The position numbers and the translations under genes were made by a program. Source: Pedosphaera sp. (GTDB lineage: Bacteria; Verrucomicrobiota; Verrucomicrobiia; Limisphaerales; SIBH01). From it: a DNA stretch of 20,232 bases. Positions 1-14,342 of the stretch are shown piece by piece (position 1 is the first letter of the stretch; each line of letters opens with the position of its first letter). The notes under the pieces were generated by a model that saw only the letters and a list, made by a program, of their open reading frames with translations, was not told the DNA's origin and did no database searches. The stretch spans positions 1-20,232 of the forward strand of contig JANOQV010000144.1 in NCBI GenBank assembly GCA_031414955.1, read 5' to 3'.

Positions 1-261
1 GTGCTTCAAGTAACTGTCCGTGAGGTTGGCGGCATCGGTGCGATGATTAAAATAGATCGCCTCGGGCGCCAGCGTCTGGCCGGGCAGATAAACGTAGTTC
101 GTGCGCGAGCCGCCGAAGCCGCCGCCCCGAGCGCCACCGCCCGTGCTGGCTGGGCCGAGGTAAAGAACGTTGAGCGGGCGATCCGGCACGTCGGCCGCGA
201 AGGTGTTGAGGACCATCAGCCCTCCCGTCAAAAGAGTCAGAAACCGTTTCGAGTTTTTCAT
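1..261 (-). CDS. 5' part of a secreted protein, probably a large PVC-type (CxxCH/dehydrogenase-like) protein; runs off the window
   Basis: Not in the ORF track. ATG at 261 reads MKNSKRFLTLLTGGLMVLNTFAADVPDRPLNVLYLG..., a signal peptide followed by an open frame to base 1. The family is recalled and uncertain. Confidence 0.6.
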   Translation of the reverse strand, partial: MKNSKRFLTLLTGGLMVLNTFAADVPDRPLNVLYLGPASTGGGARGGGFGGSRTNYVYLPGQTLAPEAIYFNHRTDAANLTDSYLKH

Positions 262-331
262 GCAGGCGTCAGCAGTGTTCGATTTGGATAGTCTGTTTGC
301 GATTTCAATGATTTTCCCAATATTTCCGGCT

Positions 332-1447
332 TCAAGCACCGCTGCGAAGCAATAATTGACGAACAGTGCGCCATGAACTCCGCCTTTGCAGCCGGATGAG
401 TTTTGAAAGCAATCGAGTTCGCAACTCGGGGGAAATACCGGAAGTCTCTCCGATAATTTGTTCTGCCCAAGTTTCAGGGAAATAGGTCAATGACCATCTT
501 GAATCACATGCCGCTCGTAGCTTCTCTGCGAGAGATAAGCCTTCGAATTTCGAGAGACATTCGCTTCGTTCCGCAGAATGGGTGCGTGATTTTAGAAGGT
601 GCTCAATCCTACTGCGAAGTCCGCTCCAGAAGCGCGAGCGCGGTTGGCTCGCAATCTTATGCGCGACTTGGTCGAGCGTTTCTTGCGGAAGTGAGTTTAA
701 CGCCGCTTCCGGGATTTTAGCCCAGCTTTCGGAGCAATCCCACGCGCTCAACGACGGAGCTTCCAAAACCGCGCGCAATATCGCGGCTGGCCCATCGGCT
801 TCGATTCTCTGGAACTCTACATGGCGATCCGCCCACCGAGCCTCCCGTTGTTCGTCCTCGATTCGTTGCTGCGCTTGCTGTCGCAACCATTCTGCCTTTC
901 GTTCCTCCTCTCGCCGCGCTTTCTCTGCCCGCCAGAGCGGCAGCGCCTTCTGCAAAATGGGATGGCTGTCCACGACTGGCCCGAAGTAGTCGAGAAGCGC
1001 GATGGCGTCTTCAGTTTCACTTCCAGCGCGAATTGTCGCTGCGAGCAGCATCGGGGCAACGGTGGGATGCAGATGGAAGCGCGGCTTGAATTGCGCCTTG
1101 CGGTAAGGCTCAAGGACGAAGCACCAATTGCCCTTGTTGTGCTCGGATAAACGAATGATTTGCCAAGCACGTTCCAGTGAGAAAGGTGCGAGCTTCGCGA
1201 TACCAGCAACGAACTGTTCGTATCTTGCTGAATTCAGCAAGGCGACAAGCCACAGAAGCGGCTGATGCTTCTCAAAATCTTCCAAAGAGCTGGCATTCAT
1301 AATATCGGCCAGCGCGTTGCGCGTGTCGCTTTCCGCTGTGTCGAACTTCCGTAAGAGAACTCCGTCGCACTTTAGGCAATGACCTGCGTAGCCGCCGCAG
1401 CGTTTGTCCAAATCCATCCACTGGATTGCTTCTTCGATGGTGGTCAT
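332..1447 (-). CDS. Hypothetical protein with Cys-rich N-terminus, central coiled coil and two degenerate C-terminal repeats
   Basis: 378-aa ORF (track start 1468; ATG at 1447, MTTIEEA, preferred). Visibly lower GC than its neighbours; no family recognised. Confidence 0.7.
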   Translation of the reverse strand: MTTIEEAIQWMDLDKRCGGYAGHCLKCDGVLLRKFDTAESDTRNALADIMNASSLEDFEKHQPLLWLVALLNSARYEQFVAGIAKLAPFSLERAWQIIRLSEHNKGNWCFVLEPYRKAQFKPRFHLHPTVAPMLLAATIRAGSETEDAIALLDYFGPVVDSHPILQKALPLWRAEKARREEERKAEWLRQQAQQRIEDEQREARWADRHVEFQRIEADGPAAILRAVLEAPSLSAWDCSESWAKIPEAALNSLPQETLDQVAHKIASQPRSRFWSGLRSRIEHLLKSRTHSAERSECLSKFEGLSLAEKLRAACDSRWSLTYFPETWAEQIIGETSGISPELRTRLLSKLIRLQRRSSWRTVRQLLLRSGA

Positions 1448-1537
1448 TGCTCTGTTTCGGCCAATCATTACCCACGCCGTTGTGCTTTCGCCAGCCCCAA
1501 CGAGGCTGCCAGAAACTGAGATGTGCTTGATGCAATC

Positions 1538-6088
<4,551 letters not shown>

Positions 6089-6092
<4 letters not shown>

Positions 6093-6970
6093 TTGCCACG
6101 AATTCCATACCAACCGTCTTTGAAAACAACGGCTACAAGCTCGTTTGGGGTGACGCGCTTCAAGTGCTGGACGGCGCGGTGGCGGATGCTTCGGTTGACC
6201 TGATTTTCGCCGACCCGCCCTACAACATTGGCAAGAATTTCAACGGTCGCCGGGACAAGTGGCCGTCGGATGAGGCGTATTTGGAGTGGAGCTACCAGTG
6301 GATTGAGGTTTGCCTGCGTAAGCTCAAGCCGAACGGGAGTTTTTACTTCATGTGCTCGACGCAGTGCCTCCCGTATTTCGACCTTTACCTCCGCAAGAAG
6401 CTGACAGTGCTTTCGCGCATCGTCTGGTTCTACGACAGCTCGGGCGTGCAGGCGAAGCGGTATTTCGGTTCGCTTTACGAGCCGATTCTGTTCTGCGTGC
6501 GCGACCCGGAGGATTACACGTTCAATGCCGACGACATCAAGGTGGCGGCACGCACCGGGGCAGAGCGCAAGCTGATTGATTACCGGAAGTCCGTGCCCAC
6601 GGTTTACAGTTCCACAAAAGTGCCGGGCAACGTGTGGGAGATTCCGCGCGTGCGGTATCGGATGCCGGAGTATGAAGAGCATCCCACGCAAAAGCCGGTC
6701 GCGCTGCTGGAACGGATCATCAAGGCCAGCTCGAATCCGGGCGACCTAGTGCTCGACCCGTTCGCGGGCACGTTCACGACGGGCTTCGTCGCGAAGGAAC
6801 TGGGGCGGCGGTTCGTCGGCATCGAGATTGATGAGGAATACGTGAAAGTTGGCCTGCGACGGCTCAACATCGCCACGCATTTCAAAGGCGAACTGCTGGT
6901 GAAGCCGTTGAAGACTTATGACTCTGCCTACAGCGAGCGCGAAACCACCCCGATGCTTTTGGAAAAATAG
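6089..6970 (+). CDS. Beta-class N6-adenine DNA methyltransferase, YhdJ/M.AvaIII-like (possibly ATGCAT-specific)
   Basis: DPPY precedes HPTQKP and DPFAGTFTT (FxGxG variant); YDSSGVQAK..FGS.YEPIL and RVRYRM.EYE.HPTQKP recall E. coli YhdJ. ATG at 6089 overlaps the OLD stop (ATGA); 293 aa. Confidence 0.9.
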
Positions 6971-6973
6971 AAC

Positions 6974-8135
6974 ATGGAGCACTCTTTCACAGCGACCATC
7001 AAAGCGGTGCTCCAGAAACATTTTGGTGCGCAAGCGGACGAGCTTTTCGAACGGAGCTTGCTGCTCCAATACCTGAACCTGAAAACCCGCTCGGCAAATC
7101 GCGGGTCAAAATCTCGCAGCAGCTTTGCCAACCTCTATGCGCTCTTTGTGCTGGCCGAGGATTATTTGAAGGGTGGCTTCGACAAGGCGGGCGACTACTC
7201 CAAATACGAAGGCGCGGTTTTCAGCCGCCTGTTCCAGCGGCAGCGCGAGTTGCCATTCGGCAGCAAGCTCCAAAATCATGCACTGAATCACCGGTTGAAC
7301 GAGGAGTTCAAGAAGTTCTTCCCGACCAGTGAACTCACGCCCATCGTCCGCGACGTTCAAACAAACCGCTACTGGCTCAATCGCAATCTGCTCCGGGTGA
7401 AAGCCGGACGGAAAGATTGCGACCTCGCCACGAGCGTCGTCGAGATCGTCAACGAATACATCAAGACGAAGTCAGCCGCCTTTGCTGCGTTCATTGAAAC
7501 CTGTGTGAAGCTGAAGGATTTGACGGCTTCTGCCCCCCAAGGAAGCTGAGGCGTTCATTCTGGACCTGCTCGCCCCGAACCGGGATGCACGGCTGTTTGA
7601 AATCGTCAGCTTTGCCGTCCTCAAGTTTTTCTACCACGACCAAACTGTCTATTTCGGCTTCGACTTGGAGAATCTCAGCAAAGAACCGCTGAAGCTATTC
7701 AAGACGGGCCGGACGAACGCGAACGATGGCGGAATTGATTTCGTGATGAAGCCGCTTGGCCGGTTCTTCCAAGTCACCGAGACGTTGGATGTGAAGAAAT
7801 ACTTTCTGGACATCGACAAGATTGAGCGTTTCCCAATTTCGTTCGTCATCAAATCCGTCGAGCCGATTGACTCGTTGCGCCAGAAGCTCAGGGACGGAGC
7901 GCAAAAGCAATTTGGCGTTCAACGAGTCGTTGACACCTACATGGCCTGCATTGAGGAAATCATCAACATTCCCGTTTTACAGGAGCGATTCAGCCAGGCG
8001 GAAGCCCAGGGGTATTTGCCGCAGATTCTCGATGAAATCGTGAAGCAGAGCAAAGTTGAGTTCAATTACGCTGAGGAAACCGAACCGGAAGTCGAAGAAG
8101 ATGAGGAGGCGGAATTGCCTTCTGAAGGCGAATGA
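6974..8135 (+). pseudogene. Putative type II restriction endonuclease split by a +1 frameshift at C6 (7533-7538)
   Basis: Starts 3 nt after the MTase stop. Removing one C joins ORFs 6974..7549 and 7665..8135 into one 386-aa frame (...SAPKEAEAFILDLLAPNRDARLFEIVSF...GRTNANDGGIDF...FFQVT), with a PD-(D/E)xK-like DGGIDF core. Confidence 0.8.
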
Positions 8136-8206
8136 CGCAGAGCTTGTGACAACAGCCGCAATCCATCCGAACGACATTGCGGTAAAGCGCCAACGCTTTC
8201 GCCATT

Positions 8207-8236
8207 TACTCCACCATCGCCAGACGACTTGGACAA
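8207..8236 (-). promoter_or_regulatory. Third copy of the putative ECF promoter motif (TTGTCCA-N17-GGAGTA)
   Basis: Plus strand TACTCC 8207-8212, 17-nt spacer, TGGACAA 8230-8236; same spacing as the other two copies but with a divergent spacer. Confidence 0.45.
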
Positions 8237-8276
8237 TCAGCACGAGTTGGGGCAGTTCCTGACGCTGGCCTACGAC

Positions 8277-8425
8277 ACCTCACCCTTAATCCCTTTCCCC
8301 ATCCGATGCGGAGAGACTAACACGGCGTCCGGTTCGAGATCACCACTTCACACCCTGCCCGCACCCTTCCCGCAGCGGGAGTGAGGAGGGAACAGCGTTC
8401 GCGTGTTTCGCGTGTTTTGCGGTTT
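8277..8425. repeat. Cluster of short interspersed repeat-like motifs
   Basis: CCTCACCCTTAATCCCTTTCCCCATCCGATGCGGAGAG and CACCCTGCCCGCACCCTTCCCGCAGCGGGAGTGAGG (CCCTCACCC...TCCC...GGGAGAGG-type hairpins), then the 9-bp periodic TTCGCGTGT-TTCGCGTGT-TTTGCGGTT. Confidence 0.5.
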
Positions 8426-8510
8426 CCATCGCGCTTCGGACGGCCCACCGGGCGCATCAAGCGACGGCGTTCAAGCATGTGTCTCGCCGACTCAGCGCGC
8501 GGCCGCGTTT

Positions 8511-9743
<1,233 letters not shown>

Positions 9744-10712
9744 TCACGGAATGTTTTTCTTCTCCACTTTCCACCCTTCGGCCTTCGCCAGTCCGCAAGG
9801 ATCGCCGACGAACATTTTCGCCGCGTCCTTGTCGCTGCGTAACTGCCACTGCAACCACGCGGTCGCGACCTTGGCGAACTCGCCACCGTGTGGCTTGCGA
9901 TACGTGCCGCCGTGTCCGACGTCCAGGTTCGCCGCGAAGACGGGCACGTGGCTGATGCGCCGGACGTCGTCCATTCCGTTTTTGTAGGCGATGTCCTTTT
10001 CGCCACCGAGAACGTAGAGCGTCGGCGTGCGCAACCTGGCCAGATGCTCCTTCGGTAGCTTGGGCATTCCACCCCGGCCCGCGCCAGGATCAGGCAGAAT
10101 CCCGCTGTTGAAAATCATCGCGGTCGCAATCCGCGCATCCGGCGCGACCTCGAGGGCCTGCAATCCTCCGCAGGACATTCCCGCCACGGCGATCTTGTTC
10201 GTGTCGAGCTTGCCATAGTATTGGCTCGAGCGTTCGCTGTTCTGTGCCATCGCCCAGTTGATCGCGTCCACCAGCAGGGGCGACTTCGTCGGACCGCCCG
10301 CACCGCCGCGTTGCCCCTCGGCTGGCATCGGTCCAATGGCAACGACAAGAAAGCCGTGCGATGCCACTTCGGACAGAAAGTTCACATGTTCCCACGGAGA
10401 ATTGGCGCACGCCCCGTTGCCCCAAACGACGATCGGCAACTTGACCTTGTCGCCCAGCGCACCGAGATCCCTCGGCCGAAACACCGTGTGTGTCGGCAGC
10501 GACTCATCGGACGCCATCAATGCCTTGTAGGGTCCGGTGCCACCATCTTCCACGGTGCGGCTCGCCGTTTCCTTTGATGTGGGCGGCCTTTTCTCGGCAG
10601 GGCCGTTCTGCGCGACCGCGAGGATCGGAATCAGTGCCACCGCAGCGATCATGAGAGAGGAGCGAAGCTGAATCATAAGTTGGTTGTGAAAAGTGTGTCG
10701 CTGCGCATTCAT
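9744..10712 (-). CDS. Secreted alpha/beta hydrolase (chlorophyllase/cutinase-like)
   Basis: LPIVVWGNGAC, ASHGFLVVA, nucleophile GMSCGG, GGEKD, GHGGTY; ATGA overlap with the FecR gene stop. Confidence 0.85.
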   Translation of the reverse strand: MNAQRHTFHNQLMIQLRSSLMIAAVALIPILAVAQNGPAEKRPPTSKETASRTVEDGGTGPYKALMASDESLPTHTVFRPRDLGALGDKVKLPIVVWGNGACANSPWEHVNFLSEVASHGFLVVAIGPMPAEGQRGGAGGPTKSPLLVDAINWAMAQNSERSSQYYGKLDTNKIAVAGMSCGGLQALEVAPDARIATAMIFNSGILPDPGAGRGGMPKLPKEHLARLRTPTLYVLGGEKDIAYKNGMDDVRRISHVPVFAANLDVGHGGTYRKPHGGEFAKVATAWLQWQLRSDKDAAKMFVGDPCGLAKAEGWKVEKKNIP

Positions 10713-12418
10713 CGTTCGAGCGCGACCGGCCCGGGCTGCGGCTTGCCGGTGGAATACAGCGCGCGGATTTCCTCCGCATCCAGCGCCCGGCTGAACAGGC
10801 AGAACTCATCCATCGCGCCGCTGAAATTGCGAATCATGAAAGGATCATTCTTGGGAAATCCCTGGGCGTTCCAATTGCCCAACTCGGCCACGCCCACGCG
10901 GAAAGGCGGCTTGATAGTCAACGACTCTTCACTCACCGAAACACCATTGAGGTAATGGGCAACCCGCTTCGCGCCTCCGTCGATCACCACCGCGAGATGT
11001 AACCACAGGCCGAACTGATCGACCGTCAACACCGGCGGACTGTGGCAAATCTGGAAGCGGCCCGGTTCGGAGCCAATCGCGGTCAAAGCCAGCACGCCAT
11101 CCTGACGAATAGTCCAGTGAACCGTCCCGGCCACGAAGCCGTCGCTCATGAAGAGGGAATTGATCTGGCGATCCAGTCCCTGCACGCGCACCCAGGCGGC
11201 AAGCGTCAGCGACTCGGATTCGCCCGGCACGCTGAGGCGCACGCGATCACTCCCGCCGCGAAACTCCAGCGCCCGCTTGTCCGGCCAGCGGCCTTCGGTC
11301 CACTGGCAGCCCACGATGGTGGCGTCGGACGCGGCGTCTTTGCGTCGGCTCGCGTTGGGCAGGCGCCAGTTCGCCAGGTCCGTTTGCTCAAAATCGAAAT
11401 GCAACAGCAGGGATGGGTCTTCGTCGAGCCGGCCGCTAGCCGCGCGCCATTGTTCGTGACGTAATACCTCCGCCTCGGACGATTTGTTCTGGAGATCAAA
11501 CAGCGAGGCGAACCCGGTCGGGTTGGCCGCAACGAGCCGCTGCGGGCCAGCCAGATCAGCGATTACGCCCTGGCCTTCGAGCAAGCTCTGCTTCATCGCG
11601 CCCGACGGGGATTGAAACTCCACGCTGCCCTTGAAGACATGCAACTCCGTCTGGCGCTGCTTCACCTCGACTCCGAACACCGTGCCGAGGTCAGTCACAT
11701 TCATCAGAGGCGTGCGGACACGAAACCCTTTCGCCTGCGGCGGCACCTCGGCGACAAGCCGCCCGCTCGCGCAGACCGCTTCGTCGGGAGAAATGAGTTG
11801 AAGCTCGGCCGGGCCTTCCATCACCACGCGCGCGCCGCTGTAGAAAACAATTTGCACCAGACCGGATTTGAGCCGCAGCCAGCCCGGTTCCAGGGGCGCA
11901 CCCAAGCGCGGTGTTTCGTCGCGTTGAGTCCATTCGGCGTCCACGACGCGGTTCAGCATCGCGACCGCTTTGCTCGTCGTGCCCTTGCGCTCACTCGAAT
12001 GCGACAGTCGCAATGCCCACCATCCGGCGGCGAGCAGCGCAATGCACGCGGCCAGCGCCACGATGGTCTTGGCCAGACCCGCCACAGGAGCGCGGCGTTC
12101 ACGCCGCTTCAACTCACCAACGGGAAGCGCTCCGGCACTTTCCAGCCCCACGGGCTGTTGGATATTGAAGCGGGCTGAAGCCCGCGCCCCGCCGGCTTGC
12201 GGAAGCGGTTCGTCCATTTTGTCCAACGCGGACGCGAAGAGGTCCGGGTCCGAGGCCAGCCGTGAATGCAACTCCGCGCGGAAAAGGTATTCATCGCGCG
12301 CCGCTGCGTTGGCGCGCAGCAGTTCATTCAACGCCCGCATCTGCTCACTGCTACCCAAACCGTGGCAAACCGCAGCTACTGCCTCGTCGAATTCACGCGA
12401 TGGAAAATCGATCTTCAT
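10709..12418 (-). CDS. FecR-type anti-sigma factor with C-terminal LamG-like jellyroll
   Basis: N-terminal ARDEYL helix, a TM segment, FecR motifs (LKSGLVQIVFYSGA, GFRVRTP..VTDLGTVFGV, HVFKGSV) and LamG motifs (TLAAWV, WLHLAVV, FSGAMDEFCLFSRAL). Confidence 0.9.
   Translation of the reverse strand: MKIDFPSREFDEAVAAVCHGLGSSEQMRALNELLRANAAARDEYLFRAELHSRLASDPDLFASALDKMDEPLPQAGGARASARFNIQQPVGLESAGALPVGELKRRERRAPVAGLAKTIVALAACIALLAAGWWALRLSHSSERKGTTSKAVAMLNRVVDAEWTQRDETPRLGAPLEPGWLRLKSGLVQIVFYSGARVVMEGPAELQLISPDEAVCASGRLVAEVPPQAKGFRVRTPLMNVTDLGTVFGVEVKQRQTELHVFKGSVEFQSPSGAMKQSLLEGQGVIADLAGPQRLVAANPTGFASLFDLQNKSSEAEVLRHEQWRAASGRLDEDPSLLLHFDFEQTDLANWRLPNASRRKDAASDATIVGCQWTEGRWPDKRALEFRGGSDRVRLSVPGESESLTLAAWVRVQGLDRQINSLFMSDGFVAGTVHWTIRQDGVLALTAIGSEPGRFQICHSPPVLTVDQFGLWLHLAVVIDGGAKRVAHYLNGVSVSEESLTIKPPFRVGVAELGNWNAQGFPKNDPFMIRNFSGAMDEFCLFSRALDAEEIRALYSTGKPQPGPVALER
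12087..12190. repeat. REP-doublet/REPIN-like palindromic element inside the anti-sigma CDS
   Basis: 26-nt arms GGAGCGCGGCGTTCACGCCGCTTCAA (12087-12112) and TTGAAGCGGGCTGAAGCCCGCGCCCC (12165-12190) are inverted repeats (21/26), each with its own 6-bp-stem hairpin. Confidence 0.75.
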
Positions 12419-12972
12419 GCCGTCGCCTCATCCTGCCGGGTCGCCGTCTCCACGCAGCTTTGCAGCGTGTGGCGAATCCGTTGCAGCATCTTGTAAGTCG
12501 CCTCGACGGTCCGGCCTGACTCCCCGGCCAGCGCCTCGATGCCCGCGCGCCGGTAGTAATAGCCCTCGATCAGTTCGCGTTGTTCGCCCGGCAATTTACC
12601 CAGACAACCGTCGAGGCGAGCAAGCCGGCGCTCGAACTCGGGCTTCAACTCCTCGCGGCGATTGACCAGTTCCTCAGCCAATCCCTTTTCCAGCAGCGCC
12701 TGCCAGCGCTGACGTCGCTCAATCCACTGCTTGGCCTTATTCAATGCGAACCGGCAAGCCCACGGGGTGAACGGCTGATTCGGATCATACGCATCGAACT
12801 TCTCCCACAGCGCCAGCGCCGTCTGCTGCACGATGTCCTCGGCGTCCGCCACGTTCGGCACCAGCACGGCGACATAGCGAAAAATCTCCCGCTCACTGCG
12901 CAGGAACAGCGAAAGAAATCGCTGCTGCGCGGCGCTCTGATCATCGAAACATCGCGTTGGATCTGGTGACAT
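12415..12972 (-). CDS. ECF sigma-70 factor (Rhodopirellula/Verrucomicrobium type)
   Basis: Region 2 DAEDIVQQTALALWEKFDAYD..PFTPWAC; region 4 CLGKLP...YKMLQRIR..LQSCV; ATGA-coupled to the FecR gene. Confidence 0.93.
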   Translation of the reverse strand: MSPDPTRCFDDQSAAQQRFLSLFLRSEREIFRYVAVLVPNVADAEDIVQQTALALWEKFDAYDPNQPFTPWACRFALNKAKQWIERRQRWQALLEKGLAEELVNRREELKPEFERRLARLDGCLGKLPGEQRELIEGYYYRRAGIEALAGESGRTVEATYKMLQRIRHTLQSCVETATRQDEATA

Positions 12973-12989
12973 GCGTCAGGCTTTGATCT

Positions 12990-13019
12990 TACTTCTGGTC
13001 AACTCCGAATTTTGGACAA
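12990..13019 (-). promoter_or_regulatory. Putative autoregulated ECF promoter TGTCCA-N17-GAAGTA
   Basis: TTGTCCAAAATTCGGAGTTGACCAGAAGTA ends 17 nt before the sigma ATG; near-identical copy at 4011-4040. Confidence 0.65.
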
Positions 13020-13290
13020 ACAAATTCAGGAAATAGTTACTACTGCTGCTGGTCTGAAGCGGAAACGGGGCGGTTCCGGATAGCAGTGGAGGCAACCGCC
13101 ACTACCCCATCGTGGTTAGGCGGTTTAACGTCGAGTCGTTTTCGGAGTCAGACGGAAGGCCCGAGAACATTGGATTCAACCGGCTCTGACAAAAACCTGG
13201 CCCAATCTTTTCCGCGAAGTTCGGCGAGTTCGTTCCGCCATGTGAACATGAAAACTGAGTGCCGCTGTTCAGATCGCTGTCCACCAGATT

Positions 13291-14319
13291 TTATTTGTAA
13301 GCCGAGACCGGCTTCTGGACGACGCCGAGTTGCTTGTAGTTGAAACCGCTATCGAGCGGTTGGTAGGTGCCCACGATGTCCACGCTGCGGGTCGGCGTGA
13401 TGGCGGATTCCATGCCCATGCCCCAATAGGCGGCGTTGATGATGAGACGGCGCAGGCCGGCGGACTGGAGATCGTGGGCGCTGCCCATGGTGCTGTGAAA
13501 AACGCGGGCCTTCTTGCCGTCGCTGGTCTGCCAGTGCTTGAACCACGCCACGGGGAGCGGCTCCAATTTTGGATTCGGCGCGTCGTCGTGTTTTCGGCCC
13601 ATGAGCGGCTGGCCCCAGACCAGGGCGGTGCAATTGGTCGGCAGACTCGTTCCTTCTTTGTAGGTCCGGTAAACGTCCGACTTTCCCCAAATATCGCTCA
13701 CCCCGATCAGGATGGGATGTTCCCTTTGTTCCGGGACGATCGTGCCGCGGGTGGAATCCGCCTGCCAGCGTCCGTGGTGGCCCATGAACGCTCCGCCGAG
13801 CACATCCTCACCCCAGCGCACCTGCTTGCCGTTGATCTTGTAGGGCAGCGCGGCGTGAAAACCGTGGTTGCCCGTCCGGATGGAAATGATGGGCTTGCCG
13901 GAATCGAGATACTTCACGATGAGTTCCCGTTCTGGCATGGGCAGCGTCAGCAGTCGGGGAAAGAAAATGACGAGGTCAGCCGAGGCGAGCTGATCGAGAC
14001 CGGGAATGTGATGCTCTTTGAGCGGCTGCCCCTTCTCCGGATAAACCGGCATCGTCGGATCGACTTCTCCCTTCTCGTTGACGGCGAAGAGCACGGTGCA
14101 GTCGAAGCCGTGATGCGTGCTGAGAACCTTTGCCAGCATGGGCATGGACTGTTCGCTGCGATATTCCTGGTCGGCCGCGATGAGCACGATGCGCTTGCCT
14201 TTGCCCGGCCCATCGCCGCCAGGGTAAGTCAGCCATTGCGGGTTGTCGGCGGCGTGGGCCAGGCCGCAAGAGACAAGGAGTGCGATGGAACAGAGAAAGT
14301 GGCGGAGAAGTTTGCGCAT
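13291..14319 (-). CDS. Secreted ThuA-like (class I glutamine amidotransferase-like fold) protein
   Basis: Signal peptide; GKRIVLIAADQEYRSEQSMPMLA, IPGLDQLASADL, HPILIGV, RVFHSTMG, RRLIINAAYW. Confidence 0.85.
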   Translation of the reverse strand: MRKLLRHFLCSIALLVSCGLAHAADNPQWLTYPGGDGPGKGKRIVLIAADQEYRSEQSMPMLAKVLSTHHGFDCTVLFAVNEKGEVDPTMPVYPEKGQPLKEHHIPGLDQLASADLVIFFPRLLTLPMPERELIVKYLDSGKPIISIRTGNHGFHAALPYKINGKQVRWGEDVLGGAFMGHHGRWQADSTRGTIVPEQREHPILIGVSDIWGKSDVYRTYKEGTSLPTNCTALVWGQPLMGRKHDDAPNPKLEPLPVAWFKHWQTSDGKKARVFHSTMGSAHDLQSAGLRRLIINAAYWGMGMESAITPTRSVDIVGTYQPLDSGFNYKQLGVVQKPVSAYK

Positions 14320-14342
14320 GATCTTAAGGTTGCAGTGAGAAT

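Noticed and set aside
262..290. TGGATA at 285-290 as a fourth promoter copy
   Set aside because: No TACTTC-like partner at the 17-nt spacing.
13030..13290. Possible ncRNA, riboswitch or small gene in the intergenic gap
   Set aside because: No recognisable RNA motif; the short ORFs (e.g. MFTWRNELAELRGKDWARFL...) have no support.
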